This document shows positions 15,331 to 35,069 of a stretch of DNA of 64,000 nucleotides, in pieces. The position numbers and the translations under genes are program-made. The notes under the pieces were generated by a model, which made no database searches, had not been told where the DNA came from, and worked only from the letters and a program-made list of their open reading frames with translations. The stretch is from assembly GCF_009914755.1 (NCBI RefSeq), contig NC_060930.1; one strand, written 5' to 3'. The DNA comes from the human T2T-CHM13v2.0 reference genome, Homo sapiens. Positions within the stretch are counted from its first letter, which is position 1. The number at the start of each line of letters is the position of its first letter.

Positions 15331-16438
15331 GTTCATAACAAATTAATTAATTAAATTATGAATTCGGTTAGAACTTCTAGAAAATTAGCCAAAATACTGA
15401 CAGACTGACCCTCTCAGTGAAGTACAAGACATGAGAAAAAAAAAATATTCTTTAACTGACACAATGAGCAATGAAGACAAATCTCTTAAACAATTAACTC
15501 TGAATACAGCTGAATGAATTTTGTCATTGCTCTTCCTGCTGAGGACATCAGCCAGTAATCATATGAGGTCTATATGGGACATCAGGCTTCAGATAGAGCA
15601 TGTGGGCTGTCACAGCAGAAATATTGTATACTGCATGCATGAAAGACTGTATAAAACATACATATGTTCTGCCATGTGCCATTTCCTTTCTTTAGTTTTT
15701 CTAAACTTTCTCAAACTTTTTCTAAAGTTGAGAAATATCTTAGATATTAAAGGATAAACATTTAGCATAGTTGAACCTAAGGTACAAAGTAAAACCAGCT
15801 GTTACCAGGAGATTAACTACCAAAAAAAAAAAGAAAAAGAGAAAAAAGAAATCAGACTTAAAGTCTCAGAATTAAGCCCAATTCTAAAGTGAGTATCCCT
15901 TTTATCTGGAAGAATCAATCAGTAACTCTTAGTGACAAGTGAGTTCACAACACTACACAAAAATAGAATTAGAAAGGAAATAGACTAGAATCCAGCCCTC
16001 AAGTATCTTATTTCAAAATAATGTATGTGTCATTTATAGATAAGGTTTATGAGACTCTTCGGGCAGAAAAGAAAAATGTCAAGTAGAGACAAATACAGAG
16101 GAAGCAAGAGCTCCTTTACAGTAACAAATACCACAGGCCTCTCCTGCTTAACTGTTAGCAGTACAAGGCCCCTGGGTGTTCACCTCTGATGCAGCATCAT
16201 TAACCCCTGCCTTCTGCTCTACAAATCTAATTTCTCCAGGAGGCTGTCCAGATAGCCACTTCCTTAGACCAGGAGAGAAATTACTCCGATGGGGTTTGGG
16301 GAGCAAATGTTAATGTGTTACTTACCTGGGGACAGTTGGCTACATGGCATCTAGTATATTCACCCATCAGTTAGAAAGATAATTTTTAGCTACTACTTTT
16401 ATGCAACAAGAGTGCCAAACTCATCTCAATATTCAGAA

Positions 16439-16654
16439 GTAAAGGTCAGCAAACTTTTTTGTAAAGGGCCAGATAGTAAATATTTTACTATCTGTTTACA
16501 GGGCATCTATCACAACTACTCAACTCTACTGTACCATGGCAAATGCAGACACAAATAATATGTATACAAATAGACATGGCTGTATTTCATTAAAATTATA
16601 AAAGCAGGGCGAGGTCCCGGATTTGTCTTAGTGGCTATAATTTGCCTACCCCTG
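16439..16654 (+). mobile_element. MER58A-type hAT MITE
   Basis: GGTCAGCAAACTTTTTTGTAAAGGGCCAGATAGTAAATATTTT...TTTGCCTACCCCTG. Confidence 0.85.
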
Positions 16655-16860
16655 ATCTAAAGCAATTAAGGACACTTTGAAAGGGAACTGTCCCATATGC
16701 CCATGTTAAGTTCTTTTTACTTTTTAAAGCCCAATTCAATCCCATCTTCAAAAAATACACATCAATTACTTATATGTAAGCCCTGCTTCCCTCAATGAAA
16801 CCTTTCTATCTCATTTTCCAGGCCTCACTGCCCTGCTTCCTCTGAACAAAACACATAATG

Positions 16861-17040
16861 CAGGATTTTTAGCCTTTCAGAGATTAAGGAGCCCTTTTAG
16901 AAACTGGTGAAAGTTATGAACACTTGCCAAGCAAATGCACACATACATATGCATAATTTTATATCCCTTTTTATAGAGGTCACTGATACCCTGGAATTTG
17001 CTGGAAGTGAAGCTAGTATGTCCAAGGATTCCAGGTTGCT
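16861..17040 (+). mobile_element. MER117-like hAT MITE
   Basis: GCCCTTTTAGAAACTGGTGAAAGTTATG...AAATGCACACATACA resembles the recalled consensus. Confidence 0.55.
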
Positions 17041-17157
17041 GCCATACCTCTTGAATTAGTTACTAACAAACATCTCACAGTTACTGTGGGACAGGAATTT
17101 GAAAACAACTTAGCTGGGTGGCTCTGGTTTAGAATCCCTCATGTGGCTGAAGTTGTT

Positions 17158-17932
<775 letters not shown>

Positions 17933-19172
17933 CGGTCAAGATGCCAACAGGGACTATAGTTGTCCACAGGCCGGATGGGGGATAGGGTTACTGCTTCCAA
18001 GATGGTACCTTCACAGGGCCACTGGCAGGAGGCCTCAGTTCCTTACCATGTGGGCTCTCCATAGGCCCTGGTGTCCTCATGTTGGCAGCTGGATTCTCAC
18101 AGAAGGAGTGCTCAAGACACAGAGCAAGGAAGAATCCACTGTGCCTTTTATGACCTACTCCCAGAATTAAAACTGTCATATAATCTTTGTTCTATCCCTG
18201 AGGAGTCAGTAAGTCCAGCCCACACTCAAGAAATTAAGCTCCACCTCTTAAAGAAAGGAACATGAAAGAATTTTTAAAACCACATCTTACAACCATCAAT
18301 ACCTCCAAGGAACTCAATGATACCAAGAAGGTGGTATTATGTTTAATCTGCCTGGAATCCCTCACTGTTCCTAGCACCATAATTATTACATAAATACCTG
18401 GCATGACTCATCACTATATTGAGTTAGGTAGGGGTCAAGTAGTTTTTTATAACAATTTTGTGAATTTGGTAGCAATCTTCAGAAGTATCTAAATAGAATC
18501 TTTAACTCTCATAAATGAATTAAACTATAAAATGAAGAATAGATGACAATTCCTAAACTATGCTCCCACAGCTTAAGTGTAAATCCTCCTCCCCCAAATT
18601 CTGGCAGGAAGATCTTACATAAGAAGGTAAAAAAGGATAAATTTTGTTAAGAAATTTATCATTTTGAAAATTAAAAAAAGAACAAAATAAGCATAGCAAT
18701 CCCTGAGCAGTTAAGATTTACTTTCTTAACTGAAGAAAGAACCATCTTCTGACCATTTCCTGAATTCCCAACTTTCAGATTTTCCCCTTAAGGTTTTTCA
18801 CCCAAGTTCTGTGTATATATAAACCTGCTAAGCACACAGCCTCAGGTGGTAGAGCTGCCACACATAATCAATAAGGTCATAGAGAATTAAATGTACAAGT
18901 CACATTGGCATTAATTAGTGTACCTGTAAAAGTCCCTAATATATAAATTAAGATCTTCATGTAAAACAAAAAACAAAAAACAAAAATCCCGAAAAGTTTA
19001 AAGTTTTTATTACATTTTCTTTTGTTTTAATAGATTCCAGCACAAACATGCACAGAGAATGTATATAAGTATTCCAAGATGTCTTGGAATAATAAGCACT
19101 CCAACATTTATAGGTCATGTCTCTAAGGTAAAGAAGTAGATTTGTAGTTAGTCTGTACCTTTGTACCTTTAA

Positions 19173-19493
<321 letters not shown>

Positions 19494-20092
19494 GACATCC
19501 ATATTCTTTAGGGAAGGGAGTATAAAGTAGGAGAAACTGAATTTCCCAATGGAAATGTGAGCTAAAAGTAGATGATAGCTTTGGAATGAACAGTTACACG
19601 CCTTCTTTTTTCTTCTTCTGTGGGAAATGGGCACTATGGGTCCCTGGCTGTGTGTGTATACTTGAATATCAGATCCAGTAGTTGTAATTCCTCATGCTAT
19701 CTAAAATTCTGGGAATCCAGCATACTGGACAGGTTCAACAATGAGAGGCTGGTATACATAGTGATGTCATTTGACATATTTCATATTATAAACCATTCCA
19801 GAGCTTACTTCTATTTGAGTCCTTTACTAAGAACTACCTCTGCCACCTGGGTATTTGTCAGATAAGTGGCGATGGTTTACATAATACTAGATACAGATTA
19901 GTCCCAGTAAGTCCCATTATTAGAGTATGTGTTCCACAACTGCAGCAATTTTGTAGTTTTTATTTACTAATGCGGACCTACCACCTAACACAGTATCAGT
20001 TAGTTGAATCTATGAATACACAAATAAATAAAGCTTTCACCTTATCTCTGGTGTTAGGTTATTGTGACAGAGAAAGAAACGGGGTCGGGGGG

Positions 20093-20129
20093 GAGAGAGA
20101 GAGAGAGAGAGACAGAGAGAGAGAGAGAG
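20093..20129. repeat. (GA)n microsatellite
   Basis: GAGAGA tract with one CA interruption. Confidence 0.9.
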
Positions 20130-20349
20130 TCAGCAAAAGTATAATTCATTATTCAAGTGTCTTAAAGTATATTAATTTTAAATGCATAAATATAAATTCT
20201 CTTCCTTTGATGTACAGGTACTCTTGGAAATTACCAACGTATGACTGTCCTCTTCCAATCTTTTCCTCTTGCACGACTGTACCCAAGCTGTATTTGGCAG
20301 ACACTGACACCTATCAGCCGACAGAAAATGGTTTCCCTCTGTGAATATA

Positions 20350-20683
20350 CAGTCATCCCTCAGTATCCATAGGGGATTGGTTCCAGGACTGCCCTCAGCA
20401 AAAATCCACCCATGTTCAAGTCCCTTATGTAAAAATGACATAGTATTTGGATTAACCTATGCAAATCCTCCTGTATACTTTAAATCATCTCTAGATTATT
20501 TATGATACCTAATACAATGCCTACACATCACTTCATTCATGTGGATTCAACATAGGAATCAGTGTGCTACAAATCCAAGTATTGCTTTTTGAATTTTGTG
20601 GGGATTTTCTCCCCCAAAATATTTTCTTTCTGAGGTTGGCTAAAACCATGGGTGTGGAACCCATGGTGACAGAGGGTTAACTG
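20350..20683 (+). mobile_element. MER2B-like Tigger MITE
   Basis: TA|CAGTCATCCCTCAGTATCCATAGGGGATTGGTTCCAGG...GGTTAACTG|TA. Confidence 0.85.
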
Positions 20684-21399
20684 TACATTCTCCAATCTTC
20701 TTCCTTAAATTCTTATTTTCCAACTTTGGTCCAATTAATAACAGGGAAATCTCTTTCTACATTCACTCCACTGACATACAGGATATTCTTGTAGAATTTA
20801 TCAAAAGTGTATTCTCTGGACCTAGGGTTCTCATGAAAAAGAGTTCCATGATCATATGAGATTCATAGTGCTACACATTGTATGTTTGCCAATTTCCCTA
20901 TTTTGACTTCATTAATCTAGAAACAAACTCTGTGATAAAATTAGCAAGGTTAAGTCACTTCACCAGTAAAGGTACTATTTGAAATTGCTAAAAGGAGAAA
21001 AATGATGGAAATAACACACACTAGGGAAACAGGAGCAAAACAATAATCATAGGGCCTAAAATAAACTTCTATGTATGCATGTGTTTATTTTTATTTAATT
21101 CCCAAAGATGTAAGAAATAATTTATTAGCCATGGACAACAGAAGAAAAAATTTTAATACATTTGTTAGTGAAGACCTTACCCATGCAATACTTATAACTA
21201 AAAACACCAATTTATATATCAATCCCCTACTTACAGAAATATTACCAAAAAAATAGACTCTAATTGAAATAGAAAGTTTAGAGTCCCATGGGTAATTATA
21301 TACTCTTAGCAAACACAATGAACTGTATATGACCTGCATAGATCAATTAATATTTGAGCAGTAGCAGTATTCCATTCTGATTGGACATGACAGAGAGTA

Positions 21400-22270
21400 T
21401 GACAGACACAGCAGAAAGCAGGGTTAGGGAAAGAAACTGGAGCCAGGCTCTAGAAGACCTTTAATACTAATCCAAGGAGATAAGGATTTGGGACAGGCAA
21501 ACAGAGGCAGGGGTATGATTGCAATGACCAAGCTGGGTGGATTCGAGGTGACACAGGTTGAAGAGATGCATGTAAACACCACATGAAGAGGGACAAACAC
21601 CTGAACTAGGTTGATGCAATGATGAAGAGAAAAGAAAGAATGGATGTGAAGGAGTTTTTGAAGGCAGAGTGAATATGACTTCATAATAGGTTGGATGTGG
21701 GGGAAGTTGGAAACAATTAAAGACAAACTTTAGGTTTTGAGTCCAGGTGACTAGGAGAATCATGATGCCATTGGTAGACATACACATAAGAGGAAAGATA
21801 TATTTGCCAGGAATGGTAATGAGTTTCTTCTACCTTGAGCATACTGAATTTGAGAAGTTAGTGTGATATGCAGCAGAGACAACATAGAGACAAGAGGGAG
21901 AAGTAAACAACTTAAGTGAAAGGTAGGACTTGAAATGTAGGCTTGAATTTTTTACTCAACAGAAATCAGAGTTTCCTTTATGAGAGCAGATGAGCTTAGC
22001 AAAGGGGAAGAAGAAGGCAGGGAGAATCCCCTGCTAGCAGGCTACAGGAAAAAGTATAAATGAGAAGGAAAAAGGGAAGAGGCCAAAAGAAAGAGGAAAG
22101 GGAAGAGGTCAGAGGCCAGAGGCAAACCAGGAGAATGCCACGGCAAACACTTCCAAGAAGAAACCATGAATAATGCCAAACGCTAAGGATTGAGAAAAAG
22201 CAAATGATTTTGCTTAACAGGTGTGTTCATTTGAGATCTTTGACTCAGCAGTTTCAGTAAATGATTGCGG
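21400..22270 (-). mobile_element. L2 LINE fossil
   Basis: Purine-rich + strand with L2 hallmarks (TTGGATGTGGGG, AGGTTTTGAGTCCAGGTGACT, TGAATTTGAG). Confidence 0.65.
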
Positions 22271-22758
22271 TAAAAGCATATGTGGACATGCTAGAAAGAT
22301 CTCCTTAAACATGATACAAAAGCAAAAGCCTTCAATTTCAATTGTGACAGTATCAAAATTTAAAACTTGTTTGTCAAAAGAAATTATATAATTTAAAAGT
22401 AAGTTATAGGGTGAAAAAAAGACTACTCATCAAAACCAGATAAAGGATTAATACTAACAATCACACACACACACACACACACACACAGTCACCAACTTAA
22501 GTAAGCAAAGGAACATGAACAGGCTATTCACAGAAAAGGAAGCTCAAATGTCTAATAAACATAAACAGAGATGTTCAACCACACTAGTAATCAGAGAAAC
22601 AGTCATTTAAAAAAGGTGCAATTTTATCAGGCCAAAATTAGTAAGCCTGATAGTATCAAGTATTGTAACAGGTATGAGGAGAAAAACAAACGCGTCAACT
22701 AGAAAAGCCCATAGGAGAGAATTGGACAGTAGCTCTTAACCTTTAAAAACATCAGTAG

Positions 22759-23050
22759 GGCTGGGCATGGTGGCTGCCTGTAATCCCAGCACTTCGGGAG
22801 GCCAAGGCGGGTGGATAACTTGAGGTCAGGACTTGGAGACCAGCCTGGCCAACATGAGGAAACACCGTCTCTACTAAAAATACAAAAATTAGCCAGGTGT
22901 GGTGGCAGGCACATGCAATCCCAGCTACTGGGAGGCTGAGGCAGGAGAATCACTTGAACTGGGAGGCAGAGGTTGCAGTGAGCTGAGATCATGCCACCGC
23001 ACTCCAGCCTGGGAGACAGAGCAAGACTCCATCTCAAAAAAGCAAAAAAC
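22759..23050 (+). mobile_element. AluSx-like SINE
   Basis: Full dimer. Confidence 0.92.
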
Positions 23051-23285
23051 AACAGTAGTAGGGAGCACTTCTATCCACTGATAAAAAAGAACCAGAACTT
23101 CTTTTATGGCTGATTCTAGGGCTGGGGCTGGGAAAATGGGAAAATATAAGGTGAGTCTGGAGTATTTTGTGAGATCAGAAAGCAAGGAGGTGCTCAAAAA
23201 TCAAAAGTATGAGGTTAGGCAAAGGGACATGAGAGTCAACCCAAGACTCCCAATGGCCAAAGCTGGAACAATTTGAGCAACAAAA

Positions 23286-23328
<43 letters not shown>

Positions 23329-24407
23329 AATCATAGTATGGATTATAACCCAAATTATAAAATAAATATACATGAGTCCTTAAAATATAATTGAATGAAC
23401 AAACAATAGAGAAAAAACAAATCTTCTTGCCTAAAAATTCCAAATAAAATCTACAGACAATACCTTCCTCCAGGAGATAGAGCTTATCACTCCTACCCCT
23501 TTGAGTGTGGGCTGGATTTAGTGACTCAATTCCAAAGAATACAGCATGAGAAGGGAAAAAGAGTAGCTTGGTGGAAAAACCTGACCAACACTACCTTGGC
23601 TAAGTAATCAAGACTAACATTGCCGGTGATGGAAGGTGGATACCCTAATATGATGTGATGCTATTTTCTCCAAACCCACAACCCAGTCTAATCATGAGAA
23701 AAACATCAGGCATGAAGGGATATACTACAAAATGCCTAACCAATACTCCTCAAAACTGTCAAGGTTATGAAAAACAAGGAAAAACTATCATAGTCTAGAG
23801 AAGACAAAGGAGATATGACAAATTAATGCAATGTGGTATCATGAATTGGATCCTGGAATAGAAAAAAGGACATTCCTGGAAGACCTGGTGAAATGTGAAT
23901 ATAGTCTGAAACATAGTTAATAGCAGTGCACCAATGTTGGTTTCTTAGTTTTGACAAAGATGTCATGATAATATTATCATCTTACATTAGGGGAAACTGA
24001 AAATGGGTTAGGGGTACACAGGAACAATCTGTACTAACTTTGCAACTCTTCTAAATTACTTCTAAATTTTAGTAATTCTAAAATTACTCCAAAGTAAAGT
24101 TTTTAAAGATGTAAAATAAATATACCCCAAGAACAACACCACCACTTCTTTCCATCCACTTTAAAGAAATTGTTGCAGAGGTGCACAAGAAGGCATGTGC
24201 AAAGGTCTTCACTGCAGAATTGTATCAAAGAAAAATTTAAAATAATTTTAATAGAATGACGAAATAAATCATGAAATACATTATGGAATATAGGTTTAAA
24301 GAATGAGATACATCTATATGTACTGAGAAGACATAATGGGGTGAAAAATAAATTGCAGAAGGACACTATGGTATATGACATTATTTATGTTAAAAAAAAG
24401 AAAAACG

Positions 24408-24835
<428 letters not shown>

Positions 24836-26328
24836 TTAGAAATGGTAGTCCACGGATTTGAACTTGACCCTGTGATTTGAAATTATTTTACAAGGAGAAT
24901 GCCTTCACCATTTACCTGGGGAATTAGGAATGATTGATTTTTTTTTAAGTACGGGAATTTTTTCTGACATGGAGAGAAAATGACAAGAGTAAGGTTCTGG
25001 CAGTTGATATTGTGCAGTGAGGCAGAGGGTGTCCCATGGAGGACAGTGCTATTGCTAGAGGCCTTTGGCCTGAAGCCTTGCATAGGTACCTGGGACAAGC
25101 ACTTCCTCCCACAATGGATGTTACAGCAGCAGCTAGACTTAACAGTGGGAACTCCAATAATTAAATGTTCCGTTTATTTTGCTTTGCAATAGAGGTACAT
25201 GCACCTGGAAGGCTCTTACAGCCATCTGGATAAAAAGTCCCCAAGTGATAATGAAAGAAACTGACTTCTTCCCTCTACTCCAGCTGACTTTAGGATCCAA
25301 AGATCATTTTTCAACCTTAATGTCTAAAATAAAAGCAGAACCACAGGAACACTGCAGTTCCTTTACATAATAAATGTCAAATTAAAATTCTGGCAGACAC
25401 TAAAGATTACGCACCTTTTTCTTTATACTTATCATCTCACATTAGGCCAATACATTTCCTTACAAAATGGGATTACAAAAATCATATGGAAAATCTGGAA
25501 GGAAATTTAACTCAGGGCATGTGTCTGAATAAGTGCTAAAACTCCATTAAGGGATTAGAGTTTTTCTTAATATATTTTAAGGGGATCATTTCCCATCAAT
25601 AATCTTTGGTACTTAAAAAAATTTTTTAAGAAGCTTCAAATATATAATTAAAAGCTTTCTCTTCTACCAGATCTAAGTTTCAGTAAGTGATTAAAAACTA
25701 TAGCCTCTTTCCAACTCTTAAGTCATTAAAACAGGCCACACAGATTCTACAGTCCATCACTATAATAATACTTAATACAAGAGTTACACAGTACTCTTTG
25801 CATGGGGACAACCAAACTTTAACCCTGATGAACTCAACTGTCCGCTTTCTCTGTGCTTGTGCTTAGTAGATGATAAGCTGGAAAATGTCACAGCATAAGA
25901 AAGGTTAATATCACTATGAATTTGTGATCATGAACCTCAAATGGGCAATGAACTATGCCTACCAAGTCCACACATTTCTGGTCATCTCACTCATCTCCTT
26001 TCCAAATGACCATTTTAAATCTTCTCCATTCTCCTCAAATCTGCAACCGTCCACTACCGTTATCCCTTCTCCCTCTTGTGCCTCCTCCCTCTTTACTCCT
26101 ATCTTACAGATAAAACAGAAGCCATCAGAGGACAAGTATTTCATCTTCTCAAAACCTATATGCAAATCTTTTCCAGCCACTCCAATACTGATCTCCTTCT
26201 GTCCTGTTACAAAAGGAGAGCTATCCTGCTCCTGAGGCTGGTCGGTCCACCAGAGCTTGAGATACCAGACCTTTCCATCTTGTCCTGGAATCCTGCCTCA
26301 TCAGTCATACCTTCTTTCTCATGTGTAA

Positions 26329-26668
<340 letters not shown>

Positions 26669-27816
26669 TAAATGGACTCAAGTCAGTCTAACCCCACCTG
26701 CCTACCTTAAGTCAGCTTCCCATCCCCTTCCTCTCTGTTCTGCCGTTCACAGCCAAACTTCCTGAAACAGTGGTCCACACTTACTGTTTGTCATATCACC
26801 TCTCATTCACTGCTCACCCATTCCACCCCAGCTCTCATCCCAGGCACCCAAGATAATTCCTGTAAAAGTCACTAATAACCTTTGTAATCTACATCCAATG
26901 CATGTTTTACATTCAACATCTTACCTGACCTCTCTCTCAGCAGCGTTTGACTACTTTCTCCTTCTTAAAGCAGTTTCCTCCCTTAGCCTCTAAAAAGCAA
27001 TACTGTTGTTTTCCTCCTGTCTCACCACTCCTCTATCTCCTTTCCAGACTCACCCTCCTTCAATTAGCCTATAAATGTGGGAGTTCTTCACTGCTCTGTC
27101 TTCCATTCTTTCTTCCTAAATAATCTTACCCATGCCATTGGCTTCAATTACAACCAATATGCAGATGACTCACAAATTTACAAATCCAGCCCCAACCTTT
27201 TATTTGAACCCCAGGTCTATATATTAACATTCTATTTGCTATTCTCTCTTGAACAACTCAAATGCACCTCAAACTCAACATGTATAAAAGTGAACCAATT
27301 ATCTTCTCCCAAAACTTTATCTTCTTCCAATATTATCTATCCCAGTATATAGTGGCCCATTCCTCAAATCCAATCAATCATCAAGTATGCAATTTTACTT
27401 ACTAAGTATCTCTCAAATCTATTGCAGCTACCATCACCCAGGTCCAAACTAAAATAATTTCTCTTAGGCTACTGCAATAGCTTCCTATCTGATCTACCCA
27501 AATCCAACTATTCTCTAGATGGCTGCCAGAACAATCTTCCTGAAGCTTAAATTAAACCACCTCTTGCTTCTCTCTGGATAAAATGTTCAATCGGTTCTTA
27601 TTGTTCTTAGGATAAAGACTAAATTCTTTCAAGTCCCTTTGGGTCCCTGAGTTGGTCTGTCTCTTCCCTACTCTATGCCTGTTTCTCTCTCTCTCTATTA
27701 CAGCCACCCTGACCTTCCCATCCCTTGTACTCACTGTACTGCCTCCCACCCCTTGCCTAGAAGCTCTTCACAGTAAACTCCTTCTCCTCCTTCAGGCAGC
27801 AGTCAAGCATCAATTC

Positions 27817-28114
27817 TTTTTTTTTTTTTTTTGAGACGGAGTCTCGCTCTTGTTGCCCAGACTGAAGTGCAATGGGGCGCTCTCGGCTTACCGCAACCTC
27901 CGCCTCCTGGGTTCAAGTGTTTCTCCTGCCTCAGCCTCCTGAGTAGCTAGAATTACAGGCATGTGCCACCACACCTGGCTAATCTTGCATTTTTAGTAGA
28001 GATGGGGTTTCTCCATGTTGGTCAGGCTGGTCTCGAACTCCCTACCTCAGGTGATCTGCCAGCGTTGGCTTCCCAAAGTGCTGGAATTACAGGCGTGAGC
28101 CACTGAGCCCGGCC
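27817..28114 (-). mobile_element. AluSp/Sq-like SINE
   Basis: CGCTCTTGTTGCCCAG and CTCCATGTTGGTCAGG; TSD CAAGCATCA(A/G)TTCTT. Confidence 0.92.
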
Positions 28115-28559
28115 CAAGCATCAGTTCTTCATGGACTCCTATCCTGACCCAGTTGGTCTCTCTCTGATTTGTTCTCATAGCACCATTTATCTCTTCATCA
28201 TAGCACTGATCAGTTTGCAGTTTTACATTTACTTATTTTTCCTGCTAGATTGTAATAAGTCTGTGATACAAGGTCTCTTTTAGCTCAATATTAAATTCCT
28301 AATACCTAGCACAAGAGTACACATTTAATAAGTATTTGCTGAACGAATCAATGACCTTCTCTAATACCTGAAGTTGAAAACTTTTCTATTAGTTGTCCAG
28401 ATTCTATGGATTCTTACAATTCAGCTTCTTTTGTCTAGTTTCATTGAAAATGCCTTATCCCTTTATATATAAATTTCCTACAGCAGCCTTGTAGGATGTA
28501 GCCTTAGCTTTAGCTTCTCTCCAGTTCACCTCTTACTACACAAAATTAACAGGATGCTG

Positions 28560-28880
28560 GGCAATATCTTCTTACAGGCAATCAAGATGGTAACAGGAAA
28601 GCGGAAGGACTACAAGGAAAGGGAAGCTTGAAGCCACTCCATCTGAGAATGTTTGGCCTGGAGAGAGTAGCAGGTTACCTGAATCTCTGAAGAGCTATCA
28701 TATTCAAAAAATAGCAGCTCTGGAAGAGTGTCTAGGAAGCAGATTTCTCTCAAATAAAAGGAAGACCATTCTAACAATTAGAAATTCAGTGTAGTTGCTT
28801 TCCAAGTCATAACTTTGCCATAACCCAGTGGATTCAAGCACAATCTGGTGAAACGCGTATCACAGAGATTCTTAAATATC
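28560..28880 (+). mobile_element. CR1/L3 3' fossil
   Basis: GAATGTTTGGCCTGGAGAGAG...GGAAGCAGATTT...GGAAGACCATTCTAACAATTAGA resembles the L3 3' region. Confidence 0.5.
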
Positions 28881-29219
28881 ACCTCATATCACAGTGATTC
28901 TTAATTTTTTTTTTCAGCTGTGGAACCCTTTCTTCCAAAAAACCCTCTTGAGTAGAGACTAATATTTGAAAGAAATAAATGTGAGCATCTCTACAGTAGG
29001 TGTCTGACCCCCACCCCACCTTCCCAAGCCCTCTGGAAGCCACATACTCTCCCATTAGCTAGAATCCACTATTTGAACATGTGGATGCTTTTGCTGCCCA
29101 GCTCTTTTCAGTTTTTCCTGGAATAGGGGTGGAGTGGGGGACAGTACTTTCTACCTTTTGTTCTATTTTCTTTAATTCAGCAAAAGAATACTGTTCTCCA
29201 TGAAAACCTGTTCCGTAGA

Positions 29220-29903
<684 letters not shown>

Positions 29904-30483
29904 TTAGCATTTATATAGATTTTGGTTTTTTGAATAAATTCTGGGGGTGTATTTACCATGCTGCCTTAACGTGACTGTAAGTTCCTGTTTGGCAAAATCT
30001 TTGTTCTCCTGCTTCAAAATCACTTATTAATACAGTAGCAAGTATAGCAGGAGGTAATAAAAAAGAGAAAAAAGAAAAACTTAGACCTTTCTCATATGAA
30101 AGGTTAAGACAACTACTTCAGGTCTGACTTATAAAACTATCTCACATACGATTAGAAAACATAGAACAGAGAAGAAACAATTTTATTTACAGATTTCCCT
30201 TCCATCCTCTACCCAATCCCAGTCCCCAAGCCATTTGTATTCTCACAGATCATGATTATACTTGTCTCATATTTTTTCATCAAAAGAAGGAAACCAGATT
30301 CTCCTCAAGGAAGCAATCTGAAGAGAATAACTGCTTTTCATAGGACACCTGTTATTTCTAGTAAAAAAAAAAGCTGACTTTTATTATACGTCTTATTTTC
30401 TGTCTCTTCTTTTATGATTACTACTGGATTCATGGATAGTATACAAATTTCAAATAAAACAAGTTTTAGTTTAGGCCATTGTA

Positions 30484-30797
30484 CAGTCATGTGTCGCTTA
30501 ACAACGTGCATACATCCTGAGAAATGCATTATTAGGCAATTTTGTCTTTGTGTGAACATCATGGAGTGTACTCAGACAAACCTAAGTGATACAGTCTATT
30601 ATTCCTAGGCTACAGACCCATAGCGCACATTACTGCATTGAATACTGTAGGCAATGGTAACACAATGGTAATTATCTATGTATCTAAACATATCTAAACA
30701 CAGAAAAGGTACAGGAAAGATAGAGTATTATAATTTTATGGGACCACTGCCATATATGCAGTCTGTCATTGCAATGTCACTGTGCAGTTCATGACTG
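30484..30797 (+). mobile_element. Tigger3a (MER7A-like) MITE
   Basis: TA|CAGTCATG...CATGACTG|TA terminal inverted repeats with TA TSD. Confidence 0.85.
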
Positions 30798-31896
30798 TAC
30801 TTACAAGTCTAAAGGAGATATTTGCCATTTACAAATGAAAGAAGTATGTGCTTAATTTGCTTAATAATGAATGGTCCCTAGATGTACACATTTTGGTGAT
30901 AATACTAACAGACAAATATGTGAAAAGTGATTTCAAATGATGCATTTATATTTTTCCATAGGCACCTAACTACTTCTCTGTATCTTTAGAGTAATTTCCA
31001 TTCAATGGATTCTTGTTCTAAGGAGCTAAGGCATTGGACTTCTAAAGAAAACCACATTTGTACCCATAAATTCTGATCTATAACATCAGATATGAACATA
31101 CTGTAAATCAGAAGTTTCTGCTACTGATGTTACAGATTAAGAGGCATAAATTTCACTGAATATAGTATAGCAAACAATACATTTTGGGGAGTAATCAAAA
31201 GTCTGACACATTCTAAACTACCAGGAGAATTTCTCTTGAGGAAAAATATACATTCACAGTGGCCTTTTCACATCTCCTAATATTTTATGGTGAGAGACTA
31301 CACGATACAATGAAAAGCACTGAATTTGAAATCAGGACAACCCAACTCTAATTCTGGTTTTGTCAGTAACATACTGACTAACTGAAGTTATTTCTCTTTT
31401 TTGTACTCAGATTTCTCAATTGTAAAATGTAAGACTTGAACATTCATTTCTGAAGTTTAAGTATATCCCACACTGCAAAGTCAGTGTACCCAATTGGGAT
31501 GCACTGACAATGTCACCTTGTGACTCCTAAGTGGGAAGTGGAATAAACACTTACTTGAGATTGTTTAATAATTTTGTTTAATAATAATGTTCTTTAGGAT
31601 TTGGTGACACTTGTCAATTCATTCATTCATTTACTCTAGCATCATATTCACACACTATTCAAATAAGTTAGCATAAATTGTTTTAGCAGGTTACACAACT
31701 ATTAAATAATAGTCTTAGATACTCTGCTGGATATAAAATCAGTATAATTAACCTTTGTTTCTTTTGTTTTTAATCAACCAAAAAGACAATTTCCTCTAAA
31801 TCTTCTCAAAACCACCTAATTTAATTTCCAAATTTATTTCAGGCAATGACAGTCTCTGCCACATCAGGTGCAGAGTATCAGAATTAAGCAGAGTTT

Positions 31897-33903
<2,007 letters not shown>

Positions 33904-34633
33904 AATTAAGTAGAGTTTCAATTTTCCTGCTGAAATAAAGAAAAAAAGATAAGGAAATACTAGTTTACAAGTAAAGACAACTACTAATACTATTCTAGGA
34001 CTATGAAATATATATGGGTGTGGTTACATTTGTTTTTATTTCATTGGGAAAAAATAACATTTTTTAAACTGTCTAAAGCTAAAACAACACATCTATTTTA
34101 GAGGCAATATTTAGCAATATGTAGCAAAATAAAGAAACCAAATTAGTTTATAGTTTAGTCTCTATATTCTACTAAAGCTGAAGATAACATTTCATCATCA
34201 TTTTTCCTTCAATATATTTTGTGAGAAAATATTAATAATAGTCAAATGTAGAATTGTTCTTCTCAGCTCAAATTTCCACATTCCTAAGTTAGATATTTTA
34301 TCCTTTCAAAAAGGTGGGAAGAACCACTACCAATACCAATACTAGGACTCATGTAACTTACAAAGTGAAGAGAATTCAATTTTAGCTTAAATAAAAAACA
34401 CTTCTTTACTCCCTACTAATTGTATTCTCCTAAGTCTTTTTCTCCTAAAAATACAAAAACAAGGAGCTTGATAACTATGAAATTCTTCACCAGTATTTAA
34501 TAAAAACAAATCTACTCTTCATATTTCCAAAACAGAAAAAGAGAAGTATGACATAAACATTTATATTTTTTGTCACTTATTCTGTTTATCCTAACAAAGT
34601 TAAAGTGGATTATATTTAATAGAAATTTTGGCT

Positions 34634-34953
<320 letters not shown>

Positions 34954-35069
34954 TCATGTGATAGTAAGATTTTCTTATTTGCTGGCCTAAATACAATTTC
35001 AAGAAAATCGTGGGTTATATAACACACTGAGGGAAAAGGCAGACACAGTTTGATTTCAGATGTCTTGAT

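Noticed and set aside
20218-20344. Plus-strand acceptor-like site followed by about 40 open codons
   Set aside because: No partner exon or recognisable protein; it runs into MER2B.
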